Source: Candidatus Saccharimonadota bacterium (GTDB taxonomy: Bacteria; Bacteroidota; Bacteroidia; Flavobacteriales; Blattabacteriaceae). From it: 32,000 nucleotides of DNA. The notes under the pieces were generated by a model. That model did not search any database and was not told where the DNA came from. It saw nothing but the letters and a program-made list of their open reading frames with translations. Numbering within the stretch: the stretch's first letter is position 1; the number at the start of each line of letters is the position of its first letter. Both the position numbers and the translations under genes were made by a program. This document shows positions 8,766-18,629 of the stretch, in pieces. Location: positions 240,001 through 272,000 of the forward strand of contig NZ_CP059199.1 of the NCBI RefSeq assembly GCF_014251775.1, written 5' to 3'.

Positions 8766-9531
8766 TAAAAATATAATGGAAATGAAAAATATTATTTATG
8801 GAATAAATCCGTTAATAGAAGCTATTAGATCCAACAAAAATATTGATAAAATATTTTTCCTTAAAGGAAATAAACAATTGTCAAGATCATACAAAGAATT
8901 AATAAAATTTTCTAAAAATAAAAACAAATATATTCCAGTTCATATTGTTTCAAAGCAAAATTTTTCTTTCATAAAAGAAAAAAATCACCAAGGTGTATTC
9001 GCTATAATTTCTCCTATAAGAATTTTTCAAATAAAAAATCTTTTACCAGTTTTATGCAAAAAAAAAAATCCAATTGTTATTATTTTAGATAGAATTACAG
9101 ATGTAAAAAATTTTGGAGCAATTGTACGAACTTCAGTTTGTGCTGGAGTCGATGCGGTTATTTTACCTAATAAAAATACAGTTAAAATTGGACCTGATTC
9201 TATAAAAACTTCTTCAGGAGCTTTATTTCATATTCCAATTTGTAAAGAAAAAAATATAGAAAATACTATTAATTTATTAATTAAATATGGATTTAAAATA
9301 TTTTCTGCTACAGAAAAATCTAATTTAGATTGGAATAATGCAAATTTTTTAGGTCCTATTGTATTAATTTTAGGAAACGAAAAAAATGGAATATATACTA
9401 AATATCTAAAAATGTCTGATTACACTATAAAAATTCCATCATTTAAAAATAATTTTTTATCTTTAAACGTATCTGTAGCTTGTGGAATTATTTTATATGA
9501 AATATTAAGACAAAGAAATTTTTTTCCTTAA
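8755..9531 (+). CDS. rlmB: 23S rRNA (guanosine-2'-O)-methyltransferase, SpoU/TrmH family (RlmB-like)
   Basis: Motifs IYGINPLIEAI, LDRITDVKNFGAIVRTS, LILGNEKNGI and LSLNVSVACGIILYE (SPOUT knot) are present. The start could instead be one of the in-frame ATGs at 8776 or 8782. Confidence 0.85.
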   Translation: MKNNKNIMEMKNIIYGINPLIEAIRSNKNIDKIFFLKGNKQLSRSYKELIKFSKNKNKYIPVHIVSKQNFSFIKEKNHQGVFAIISPIRIFQIKNLLPVLCKKKNPIVIILDRITDVKNFGAIVRTSVCAGVDAVILPNKNTVKIGPDSIKTSSGALFHIPICKEKNIENTINLLIKYGFKIFSATEKSNLDWNNANFLGPIVLILGNEKNGIYTKYLKMSDYTIKIPSFKNNFLSLNVSVACGIILYEILRQRNFFP

Positions 9532-10538
9532 AAAAATTCACTTTTAAATTGTTTTAAAAAACGAATATCATTATTAAAATATAATCTAATATCTTTAATT
9601 CCGTAAAGTATTAATGCTATACGTTCAATTCCCAATCCAAAAGCAAATCCAGAATAATTTTTAGGATCTATATTTACATTTTCTAATACTTTTGGATCTA
9701 TAATTCCACAACCCATAATTTCCAACCATTTTTTATCATAATATATATCTACTTCAGCGCTAGGTTCTGTAAAAGGAAAATAAGAAGAACGAAATCTTAT
9801 TTTTGTTTTTCCAAAAATTGAATTTATCAAATAATAAATGATTGTTTTCAAGTGAGAAAAAGAAACATTTTGATCAATATAAAATCCTTCTGCTTGATGA
9901 AACATATAATTAGAATGAGAAGAAATCGTTTCATTTCTATATACTTTTCCTATGGATAAAACTCGAAAAGGAGGACAATTATTTTCCATATATCGTATTT
10001 GTATAGATGAAGTATGAGTCCGTAATAAAATATCTTTTTTTTTAGATAAAAAAAAAGTGTCTTGCATGTCTCTAGATGGATGTAATAAAGGTATATTTAA
10101 AGCTGTAAAATTATGCCAATCATCTTCAATTTCGTATCCATCTACATAAGTGAATCCAATATTAGAAAGAATATTTATTATTCTATTTTTTAGGATAGAA
10201 ATAGGATGTATTGATCCTATTTCTATAGTTGTTCCTGGAACAGTATAATCGAATTTTTCATTTTTTTCATTTTCTTTTAATAAATAATTACTTTCATCAA
10301 GTTTTTCTTGTATTTGACATTTTAATCCATTAATAATTTTTCCAAACTCTTTTCTTCTATATATAGGGATTTTTTTTATTTTTTTTAGCAGGATTGTAAT
10401 AATTCCTTTTTTTCTACTAAAAAATTTTATCTTAAATTTTTTTAAATCATCGAGAGTTTTTGGATGAAAATATTTTATTTCTTTTCTGATTTTATTGATT
10501 GTTTCATTATTATTTAATAAATTTTTTTCGTTTATCAT
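9528..10538 (-). CDS. pheS: Phenylalanine--tRNA ligase alpha subunit
   Basis: Motifs HPSRDMQDTFF, RVLSIGKVYRNE, FHQAEG and GFAFGLGIERIALI are present. Confidence 0.95.
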   Translation of the reverse strand: MINEKNLLNNNETINKIRKEIKYFHPKTLDDLKKFKIKFFSRKKGIITILLKKIKKIPIYRRKEFGKIINGLKCQIQEKLDESNYLLKENEKNEKFDYTVPGTTIEIGSIHPISILKNRIINILSNIGFTYVDGYEIEDDWHNFTALNIPLLHPSRDMQDTFFLSKKKDILLRTHTSSIQIRYMENNCPPFRVLSIGKVYRNETISSHSNYMFHQAEGFYIDQNVSFSHLKTIIYYLINSIFGKTKIRFRSSYFPFTEPSAEVDIYYDKKWLEIMGCGIIDPKVLENVNIDPKNYSGFAFGLGIERIALILYGIKDIRLYFNNDIRFLKQFKSEFF

Positions 10539-10671
10539 GTGATTACATAACTAAATTTAAAGTAAAATAAATAATTTTTTATAAAAATTATTTATTTAGT
10601 TTATTGAATTTCATAAAAATTTAATTTTAATTAACATAAATTTTTTTCATAACAATTGTATTATATAAATC

Positions 10672-11208
10672 ATGACATTTTTAGATATAATTATATTAAT
10701 TTTAATATTATTAGGAGGTAATAATGGATATAAAAAAGGATTAGTATCGCAACTTTTTGTATCCATGATTTTTATAATATTTTTTTATAAAGGAATTTAT
10801 ATAATGATTTTAATAAATAAAATATTCAATGAATTTTATTCTTCTATAAAAGAATATAAATATTTTCTAATGTTTGCTCCTTTATTAATTTCATTTATTT
10901 TTATAATTTTTTCGGTATTTATATTAGAAAATATAATACAATTTTTTATAAAAATAACATTTATGAAACCAATTGATAGATTAGGTGGTTTCATATTTGG
11001 CATTATAAAATATTTTTTATATATATCTATTTATATATTCTTTTTAAAAAAAATAAATAAAGAAATTAAGATTATCCCTAATTATTTTTTCAATAGTTTT
11101 TTGGAAAAAAAATTAATCTATTTTTTAGATAGAGATGGATCACTATTTAAAATAATTATTAATAAATTTCGAGAAATTTATTTTATTATCGATATGTTAA
11201 TCGAATGA
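10672..11208 (+). CDS. cvpA: CvpA-family membrane protein
   Basis: The N-terminus (FLDIIILILILLGGNNGYKKGLV) is typical of CvpA. There are four hydrophobic spans, and the 178-aa length fits the family. Confidence 0.7.
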   Translation: MTFLDIIILILILLGGNNGYKKGLVSQLFVSMIFIIFFYKGIYIMILINKIFNEFYSSIKEYKYFLMFAPLLISFIFIIFSVFILENIIQFFIKITFMKPIDRLGGFIFGIIKYFLYISIYIFFLKKINKEIKIIPNYFFNSFLEKKLIYFLDRDGSLFKIIINKFREIYFIIDMLIE

Positions 11209-11303
11209 TGATAAAAAATTTTTTTCTATAAAAATATCAATCATAATCAAGTAAATATTATATAATAAATTCAATTATACGGATTTATAAAAAAATTACC
11301 TAT

Positions 11304-13589
11304 TTAATTTTTTATTTTGATAATTTTAAAAACGTATTGATTATATAATGAAATAATACTTTTTATATATTTTGTAATTTTTTTTGATTCTGAAAGGATA
11401 TTTAACATTAAAAATGTGTTTTTTGTTCCATATTTATTTTTACTAATACCTATTAATTGTTCATTCATTTGAATTTCAATATTTTCTATAATATGATTAC
11501 TCATTTTATTTAAAAAAAAATCCAATTTTTTGTAAAAATCATTATTATTATTAATATTTTTTATAGAATTAAAATATTTAATTATCATATTATTAAGCAT
11601 TAAAAGATTATTTTTTTGTTTATTACGTAAAGGTTTATGGCTATTTATAACGTGAAATAAGGTATAATTAGTTATAACATCTAAAGATTTCATTATTTCT
11701 TTTATTGTATTATACATATGGAAATAAAATATTCCATAATTTTTATCATTTTTATGAATAATTCGAATTACTTGAATTAAAGAATTATCTATTCCTGTAA
11801 AATTATTTATTAATTCAAGTAATTTATTTCTATTATTCTTTAATTTTTTTAAATCCTCATTAATGATTCCTTCTATGGAATTTCTATAAATAATTTTTGT
11901 AGATTCTATTTTAGGATTTAAAATATTTAAAATTATATTAATAGTATTTTCTATATCAATATTTGATATATCGAAAAAAAATTTATTTTCTTCAAATTTC
12001 CTAAATTCTATTTTAGAATAATTTTTATAACTTCTATAAAAAAGAAAAAAAATTAAAAAAAATAAAAATAATAGAGCCCATGATTTAAAAAAATATAAAA
12101 AACTCGCTATTATCCCAGCCATCATAAAAGCTATTAATCCAGTTAATAACCATCCTCTTATAACATTTAATACCCCGGATACTCTATATACCGCACTTTC
12201 TCTATCCCATGCTCTATCCGTTAATGAAGTTCCCATCGCCACCATAAAAGTTACAAAAGTAGTAGATAATGGAATTTTATTTACTGTAGCAATAGATATT
12301 AATACACTAGATATCGTTAAATTAGCCGAAGCTCTTACTAAATCAAATGCTTCATTTTTTTCTATTATTATGTTTGTTTTTCTAAAATTCTTTTCTGTAT
12401 ATGCAAAAATTTTTTTTGGAAAAAAATTTTTAAAAATATTACCTAAATATATGAAAAAACGGACAATCCATCTAGAGAAAGAATTCGATAAAAATTTTTC
12501 TGGTCCTTCGTTTTGTCTGCTTAAATTTATTTCTGTACTAGTAATATTATTAGTTCTTTTAGAAAACCATAATGTTAATATCATAATAATACTAGAAATC
12601 ATTAAAATACCATATGGTACTGGTACATTATTTCCAGACAAATTTTTCATAATAAATTCTTCTGCTGGTTTTCCTATTCCTTCTTTTTTCCATATATCAT
12701 ATGATTGAATTCCAGCTATAGGAATACCTATAAAGTTTACTAAATCATTTCCTGAAAATGCCATTGCAAGTGCGAAAGTTCCATATAATACTACAAATTT
12801 TAAAGTGTTAAATCCTAATGATATAAATATTTTTGCTACACCCCCCCATATTAAACACAATCCAATTAAAAATGTAAAAAAATTATGATTAATCCAGCTA
12901 ATTAAATATGTAATAAATGTAGTAATTTTTATAAAAAATGATCCTCTTATAGTATTCTGTAATCCTCTGATTATAAGAAAATATGTCATACTACTTAATG
13001 AAATAGCTGTCCATATAACGCCTATATCTTTTAATTTATTTTTGTAATTAAAACTAAATAAAGAACGAATAAAATAATGAATAACAGCTCCTGAAATAAA
13101 TGAAATGATAATTGATAAAAAAATTCCTATACTAATATTTAGTATATTATAAATTTTAATATATTGAATAATATAATGAAACGGTTTATTATTTAATAAT
13201 ATTTTTATAGTTGCAATACTAAAAGAACCTCCTAATAAACAAAATACCATGGATACTGTAGTAGAAGTCGGTAATCCTAATGTATTAAAAATATCTAATA
13301 AAATAATATCAGATATCATAACTGCTAAAAAAATAAAAATAATATCTGAAAAGTAAAAATAAGAAGGATTAAATATTCCTTTTCTTGCTATATCCATCAT
13401 TCCACTAGAAAGAATTGATCCTAAAATAATTCCTATACTAGCAAATATCATTATGGTAGTCCTAGAAGATACTTTAGATCCAATAGCAGAATTTAAAAAA
13501 TTTACTGCATCATTGATTAAACCTACAATAAGATCAAATACTGATAAAATAAAAAGAATTATTATAACTGAAGGATAAAAAAATTCCAT
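11304..13589 (-). CDS. pit: Inorganic phosphate transporter, PiT (PHO4) family, with long C-terminal soluble extension
   Basis: It has two PHO4 signature repeats (GLINDAVNFLNSAIGS near the N-terminus and FSGNDLVNFIGIP in the middle) and many TM spans. The last ~240 aa are hydrophilic and look helical. Confidence 0.85.
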   Translation of the reverse strand: MEFFYPSVIIILFILSVFDLIVGLINDAVNFLNSAIGSKVSSRTTIMIFASIGIILGSILSSGMMDIARKGIFNPSYFYFSDIIFIFLAVMISDIILLDIFNTLGLPTSTTVSMVFCLLGGSFSIATIKILLNNKPFHYIIQYIKIYNILNISIGIFLSIIISFISGAVIHYFIRSLFSFNYKNKLKDIGVIWTAISLSSMTYFLIIRGLQNTIRGSFFIKITTFITYLISWINHNFFTFLIGLCLIWGGVAKIFISLGFNTLKFVVLYGTFALAMAFSGNDLVNFIGIPIAGIQSYDIWKKEGIGKPAEEFIMKNLSGNNVPVPYGILMISSIIMILTLWFSKRTNNITSTEINLSRQNEGPEKFLSNSFSRWIVRFFIYLGNIFKNFFPKKIFAYTEKNFRKTNIIIEKNEAFDLVRASANLTISSVLISIATVNKIPLSTTFVTFMVAMGTSLTDRAWDRESAVYRVSGVLNVIRGWLLTGLIAFMMAGIIASFLYFFKSWALLFLFFLIFFLFYRSYKNYSKIEFRKFEENKFFFDISNIDIENTINIILNILNPKIESTKIIYRNSIEGIINEDLKKLKNNRNKLLELINNFTGIDNSLIQVIRIIHKNDKNYGIFYFHMYNTIKEIMKSLDVITNYTLFHVINSHKPLRNKQKNNLLMLNNMIIKYFNSIKNINNNNDFYKKLDFFLNKMSNHIIENIEIQMNEQLIGISKNKYGTKNTFLMLNILSESKKITKYIKSIISLYNQYVFKIIKIKN

Positions 13590-13647
13590 AGTAAGTAAAA
13601 AAATTGTTTATTCATACATTTATACTAGTATTAAAACGTATAACAAT

Positions 13648-14235
13648 TCATTTTTTTTTTTTTAAAAACTCTTTTACTAAATTTTCTACTGAAAAATTAG
13701 GATTTTCAATGAAAATATTATCCAGTAATTGTTTTGATTCTTTAGAATAAAATCCAAGAACATTTAAAGCGTTTAAAGCTTCTTTTTTGACATGATCATT
13801 AAGTATTTTTTTTTCTTTTTCGGCTTTATAATATTTATTAATTTTATCTTTTAATTCAATAACAATTTTTTGAGCTATTTTATTTCCAATCCCTTTAACA
13901 TTTTTAAATGTTATTATATTTTCTTCATATATCGATTTCTCTATTTCATACGGGGTTAAAGATGATAATAATAAAATAGCTAAATTTGGACCAACTCCAT
14001 TTACAGAAATTAGATATAAAAATATTTTTCTTTCTTTTTTATCAAAAAAACCATATAATATTTGTTGATTTTCTCTTATAAATAAATAAGTGTAAATTAG
14101 TACCTCTTTTTCTTCATTTTTTAATAGATAATAAGTATATAAAGATATATTAATTTTATATCCTACTCCCCAACAATCTACTATTAGATTCGATTTATTT
14201 TTTTCAATTATTTTTCCTCTTAAATGCGTTATCAC
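13648..14235 (-). CDS. ruvA: Holliday junction branch migration complex subunit RuvA
   Basis: N-terminus MITHLRGKI...VGYKINISL. There are two helix-hairpin-helix motifs (VNGVGPNLAILLLS, VKGIGNKIAQKIV). The stop codon is TGA. Confidence 0.92.
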   Translation of the reverse strand: MITHLRGKIIEKNKSNLIVDCWGVGYKINISLYTYYLLKNEEKEVLIYTYLFIRENQQILYGFFDKKERKIFLYLISVNGVGPNLAILLLSSLTPYEIEKSIYEENIITFKNVKGIGNKIAQKIVIELKDKINKYYKAEKEKKILNDHVKKEALNALNVLGFYSKESKQLLDNIFIENPNFSVENLVKEFLKKKK

Positions 14236-14240
14236 GATAT

Positions 14241-15557
14241 TTATTTTTTCCTAAAAAAAATTTGTATGGGAACTCCTTTAAAGTCAAAATGATAACGTAT
14301 TTTATTTTCTATAAATCTTTTATATGATTCTTTTATAGATTTAGGAAAATTTGAAAAAAATACGAATTTTGGATTATATGAAGATAATTGAGTACAATAT
14401 TTAATTTTTATAAACTTATTTTTATTATATTTTCTGATAGATGGAGGTGGATTTTCTCGAAAAATAGGTAACATAATTTTATTTAAGATATTGGTTTTCA
14501 ATTTCTTTTTACTATATTTCAAAATTTTAAAAGCTATAGGAATAATTTTTGTTATATTATATTTATTTTTTGCAGATATAAATAATATTGGAACATTCAA
14601 CGGATAAATTTTTTTTCTAATAAAAATTTCATATTTTTTTTTAAAGTTATTTGTTTCATAAAACAAATCCCATTTATTTACAAGAATTATAATTCCCTTA
14701 TTATTTTTTTTAATTATGTTTAAAATATTCATATCATGTTTTCGCCACCCTATTTCTACATCAATCATTAATAAACAAATATCTATAGATTCTATAGTAT
14801 TTATGGCTCTTGTCATTGAATAAAATTCAATATTGTCTTTTGATTTTTTTCTTATTATACCTGGAGTATCTATTAAAATACATTCATATTTTAATTTTTT
14901 ATAGATTACTTCTAAACTATCTCTAGTAGTTCCGGGGATATCAGTAACAATATGATGATTTTTATTTATTAATGAATTTATTAATGTAGATTTTCCAGTA
15001 TTAGGACGCCCTACTATTGAAATTTTTGGTATTTTTTCTAAATTATATTTTTTAGTTATTTTAATAGATTTTTTCAAAATTTTTACCAAACGATCCAATA
15101 ATTCTCCAGTTCCACTGCCATTAATAGCGGATATATAATGATAGTCATTAAACCCTAAACAAAAAAAATCAATATCAAAATCGGAAATGGCATGATCAAC
15201 TTTATTTATAACTAAAAGTATTGGTTTTTTACATTTTCTGATAGAATTTGCTAGTTCTATATCGGATGATAATAATCCTGTTGTTATATCTATTAAAAAT
15301 AAAATTATATCAGATTTGTCTATAGATTCAAAAATTTTACTATTTATTTCTTGTTGAATAAAATCATTAGACATAGTATAACCTCCTGTATCTAATACAG
15401 AAAATTTTATTCCATTCCATTCAGAATAACCGAAAATACTATCTCTAGTTATTCCACTATACTTATGGACAATCGCCTTTCTATTTCCTACAAAGCGATT
15501 GAATAAAGTAGATTTTCCCACATTAGGGCGTCCTACAATAGATACAGTATAATTCAT
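14241..15557 (-). CDS. der: Ribosome biogenesis GTPase Der (EngA)
   Basis: It has tandem GTPase domains (GRPNVGKST/DTGG/NKVD and GRPNTGKST/DTPG/NKWD) plus a C-terminal KH-like domain. Confidence 0.95.
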   Translation of the reverse strand: MNYTVSIVGRPNVGKSTLFNRFVGNRKAIVHKYSGITRDSIFGYSEWNGIKFSVLDTGGYTMSNDFIQQEINSKIFESIDKSDIILFLIDITTGLLSSDIELANSIRKCKKPILLVINKVDHAISDFDIDFFCLGFNDYHYISAINGSGTGELLDRLVKILKKSIKITKKYNLEKIPKISIVGRPNTGKSTLINSLINKNHHIVTDIPGTTRDSLEVIYKKLKYECILIDTPGIIRKKSKDNIEFYSMTRAINTIESIDICLLMIDVEIGWRKHDMNILNIIKKNNKGIIILVNKWDLFYETNNFKKKYEIFIRKKIYPLNVPILFISAKNKYNITKIIPIAFKILKYSKKKLKTNILNKIMLPIFRENPPPSIRKYNKNKFIKIKYCTQLSSYNPKFVFFSNFPKSIKESYKRFIENKIRYHFDFKGVPIQIFFRKK

Positions 15558-15573
15558 ACTGAAAAATTATTTA

Positions 15574-15581
15574 CAAATTTA
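15574..15581 (-). promoter_or_regulatory. Candidate Bacteroidetes-type -7 promoter box (TAAATTTG) for der
   Basis: On the minus strand this reads TAAATTTG, an exact match to the TAnnTTTG consensus. It lies 17 nt upstream of the der ATG. The motif is short and the context AT-rich, so a chance match is plausible. Confidence 0.25.
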
Positions 15582-15664
15582 GATTTTTTTTATTAGTTTA
15601 AATATTTAATTATTCTATTCAAATTACATTGAATATTTTTTTTCAGTAGAAAAAATATAAAAAA

Positions 15665-16327
15665 ATGCGTATAGATATTATTAGTTTGGTTCCTAAATTT
15701 TTTTTGAGTCCTTTTTCTAATTCAATCATTAAAAAAGCTATTGATAAAGGATTAGTTGATATTAATATTCATGACTTACGAAAGTATGGTATAGGTAAAC
15801 GTAAAAAAGTAGATGATTATCCATATGGAGGAGGATGTGGAATGGTTATTAAAATTGAACCGGTGTATCAATGTTTTTCTGAATTATTAGAAAAAATAAA
15901 TTATGATGAAATTATTTTTATGACTCCTGATGGAAATCCATTTACACAAGAATATGCTAATCAATTATCTTTTAAAAAAAATATAATTATTCTTTGTGGA
16001 CGTTATAAAGGAGTTGATCAAAGAATCAGAGATCATTTAATTTCTAAAGAAATATCTATAGGAAATTATATTATCTCAGGTGGTGAATTAGCGGCAGCAG
16101 TAGTAATAGAATCTATAGTTAGATTAATACCAGGAGTTATCCAAAATAAACAATCTATTTTAATGGATTCTTTTCAAAAAGATCCTAGTTTTATTTCCCC
16201 TCCCATTTATACACGTCCAGTAAATTATAAAGGATGGGAGGTGCCTAAAATATTATTATCTGGAAATCATAAAAAAATAAAAGACTGGGAAAATAAACAA
16301 ATTAAAAAGAAAAAATTGGATTTTTAG
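15665..16327 (+). CDS. trmD: tRNA (guanine37-N1)-methyltransferase
   Basis: Motifs MRIDIISLVPKFF, ILCGRYKGVDQRI and SIGNYIISGGELAA (SPOUT fold) are present. Confidence 0.95.
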   Translation: MRIDIISLVPKFFLSPFSNSIIKKAIDKGLVDINIHDLRKYGIGKRKKVDDYPYGGGCGMVIKIEPVYQCFSELLEKINYDEIIFMTPDGNPFTQEYANQLSFKKNIIILCGRYKGVDQRIRDHLISKEISIGNYIISGGELAAAVVIESIVRLIPGVIQNKQSILMDSFQKDPSFISPPIYTRPVNYKGWEVPKILLSGNHKKIKDWENKQIKKKKLDF

Positions 16328-16510
16328 ATGATTTTTTTAATTTTATTTTACTATTTTAATTTATTTATTACATATAGTTACCTATACTGAATTAATGCTT
16401 TATTAGAATCAATTACTTAAAGGTTAAATATTTTATAAGCTTATTTATTATATAAAAAAATATACTTTTCAAAAAGTAAATGTTTCAAACTTATATTATT
16501 ATACTTTTTT

Positions 16511-16544
16511 TTAAAAAAAATTCATATTTAAAAAAAATTCATAT
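16511..16544. repeat. Perfect 17-bp tandem duplication (ttaaaaaaaattcatat x2)
   Basis: 16511-16527 and 16528-16544 are identical by direct reading. The repeat lies in the 344-bp trmD-gyrB spacer (16328-16671). Confidence 0.9.
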
Positions 16545-16671
16545 ATTATATGGGCTATCGAATAACATCCTATATAATTTTTTCTTAATTGATTATACCC
16601 AATTTTAACAAAAAAAACATTTTTTATATTTTTTATATATTTACTATGAATGAAAAATATTTCTAATTCAT

Positions 16672-18609
16672 ATGAATCAAAAAAAAAATAATCCTTCAGA
16701 AGGATATACAGCAGATAGCATTCAATCTCTAGAAGGAATAGAACATGTCAGAATGAGACCATCCATGTATATTGGTGATGTTGGTTTAAGAGGTTTACAT
16801 CATTTAGCATATGAAGTAATTGATAATTCTGTTGATGAATCTTTAGCTGGATTTTGCAATAAAATATGGGTAAATATCCATAAAAATGGATTCATAACGA
16901 TATCTGATAACGGTCGTGGAATTCCCGTAGAAATTCATAAAAAAGAAAAAAAATCAGCTCTTGAAGTGGTTATGACTAAAATTGGAGCAGGAGGAAAATT
17001 TGATAAAAATTCTTATAAAGTTTCTGGTGGATTACATGGAGTAGGAGTTTCTTGTGTCAATGCTCTTTCTAGTACATTGATAGTTACTGTATATCGTAAT
17101 GGAAATATTTATCAACAAAAATATATTAGAGGAAAACCTGTGGATTCTGTTAAATGTTTAGGAAATACTGAAATGATAGGAACTAAAATCCATTATATTG
17201 CTGATAATACAATTTTCAGATCTATTGAATATAATCATGAAATGATAGCTAATCGTTTGAATGAATTAGCTTATTTAAATAAAGGATTACATTTATTTTT
17301 AAGAAATGAAAAAAATAATATAAATAAACATTTTTTTTCTAAAAATGGATTAAGAGAATATATTACTATTTTAAATAAGAATCATGAATCACTAATTAAA
17401 GATATTATTTTTATTGAAGGGAAAATAGACAATACAATTGTAGAAATTGCTATGTTATATAACACTTCTTTTAAAGAGATAATATATTCTTACGTTAATA
17501 ATATAAATACATTTGAAGGAGGAACACATGTATCTGGATTTCGAAGAGCTTTAACTAGAACTTTCAAAAAATATATAGAGACATATGGAATAAATTCTAA
17601 AGATAAATTAGAATTTACAGGAGAAGATTTTAGGGAAGGAATTATAGCTCTAATATCTATTAGAGTAATGAATCCTCAATTTGAAGGACAAACTAAAACT
17701 AAATTAAGTAATCATGAGGTAGGTGGAATTGTAGAAAAAATAACAGGAGAAATTCTAAATAGTTATTTAGAAGAGCATCCTAGTGATAGAAAAAAAATTA
17801 TTGATAAAATAATTTTATCATCTAAATCACGTCAGGCAGCTAAAAAAGCAAGAGAATTAATACAAAAACAAAATCCATCGATTATTAGTAGTGGAGGTAT
17901 TTTACCAGGTAAATTAGCCGATTGTTCTTTTCATGATCCAAAAAAATGTGAAATTTATTTAGTAGAAGGCGATTCAGCTGGAGGAACGGCTAAACAGGGT
18001 AGAGATCGAAATTTTCAAGCAATTTTACCATTAAGAGGTAAAATACTTAATGTAGAGAAAGCTGTACAATATAAGATATTGGAAAATGAGGAAATAAAAA
18101 ATATATTTACATCTTTGGGAATTACTATTGATGTCAATGATAATTCTGTTTTAAATATAGATAAATTAAGATATAATAAAATTATTATTATGACAGATGC
18201 TGATATAGATGGTAGTCATATTTCTACATTAATATTAACATTATTTTTTAGATATATGAAACCTTTAATAGAAAAAGGCCATATTTATATCGCTACTCCC
18301 CCCCTTTATTCAATACGTAAAGGTTCTAATTCGCGTTATGCTTGGAATAATGAAGAAAGAAATTTAATAATTAATCAATTTGGAGGTAGAAAATTTGTAA
18401 TAGTGCAACGTTATAAAGGTTTAGGTGAAATGAATTCTGAACAACTTTGGGAAACTACTATGAATCCAAAAAAAAGAACTCTTAGAAAAATTCAAATAGA
18501 AAATCTTGAATATGCCAATAAAATATTTTCTATACTTATGGGATATGAAGTCCCTCCTCGTAGAGATTTCATAGAAAAATATGCAATTATGGCTAAACTA
18601 GATGTTTAG
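16672..18609 (+). CDS. gyrB: DNA gyrase subunit B
   Basis: GHKL ATPase motifs (YEVIDNSVDE, DNGRGIPV, GGLHGVGVS) and Toprim motifs (EIYLVEGDSAGGTAKQGRDR, PLRGKILNVEKA, IMTDADIDGSHI) are present. Confidence 0.97.
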   Translation: MNQKKNNPSEGYTADSIQSLEGIEHVRMRPSMYIGDVGLRGLHHLAYEVIDNSVDESLAGFCNKIWVNIHKNGFITISDNGRGIPVEIHKKEKKSALEVVMTKIGAGGKFDKNSYKVSGGLHGVGVSCVNALSSTLIVTVYRNGNIYQQKYIRGKPVDSVKCLGNTEMIGTKIHYIADNTIFRSIEYNHEMIANRLNELAYLNKGLHLFLRNEKNNINKHFFSKNGLREYITILNKNHESLIKDIIFIEGKIDNTIVEIAMLYNTSFKEIIYSYVNNINTFEGGTHVSGFRRALTRTFKKYIETYGINSKDKLEFTGEDFREGIIALISIRVMNPQFEGQTKTKLSNHEVGGIVEKITGEILNSYLEEHPSDRKKIIDKIILSSKSRQAAKKARELIQKQNPSIISSGGILPGKLADCSFHDPKKCEIYLVEGDSAGGTAKQGRDRNFQAILPLRGKILNVEKAVQYKILENEEIKNIFTSLGITIDVNDNSVLNIDKLRYNKIIIMTDADIDGSHISTLILTLFFRYMKPLIEKGHIYIATPPLYSIRKGSNSRYAWNNEERNLIINQFGGRKFVIVQRYKGLGEMNSEQLWETTMNPKKRTLRKIQIENLEYANKIFSILMGYEVPPRRDFIEKYAIMAKLDV

Positions 18610-18629
18610 TTTAGTATCATTAGTATAAA

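Noticed and set aside
10565-10597. Perfect 14-15 bp palindrome (aaataaataatttt / aaaattatttattt) in the divergent pheS/cvpA spacer, considered as a pheS attenuator or operator
   Set aside because: It is composed only of A and T, so the chance of complementarity is about 0.5 per position. Several such palindromes are expected in 32 kb of this composition. No T-run follows on either strand, and there is no leader-peptide or T-box-like context.
12370-12708. 112-aa ORF antisense to the PiT transporter gene
   Set aside because: It is fully nested in a 761-aa CDS that carries the PHO4 signatures. It has no recognisable motif and is typical of the long spurious ORFs seen in AT-rich DNA with few stop-generating G/C positions.
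15558-15647. 9-nt inverted repeat (actgaaaaa ... tttttcagt) bracketing the der/trmD divergent spacer
   Set aside because: The arms are about 72 nt apart and mostly homopolymeric. They are too weak and too distant to argue for a structure.
16328-16671. The trmD-gyrB spacer considered as a replication origin, a decayed rplS (L19 follows trmD in many bacteria, and the spacer is close to L19 size), or a structured ncRNA
   Set aside because: I saw no DnaA-box-like TTATCCACA or TGTGGATAA sequence. All frames are riddled with stops and show no L19-like residues. There are no G/C-supported helices of the kind expected for SRP RNA, RNase P RNA, tmRNA or riboswitches. Only the tandem duplication is reported.
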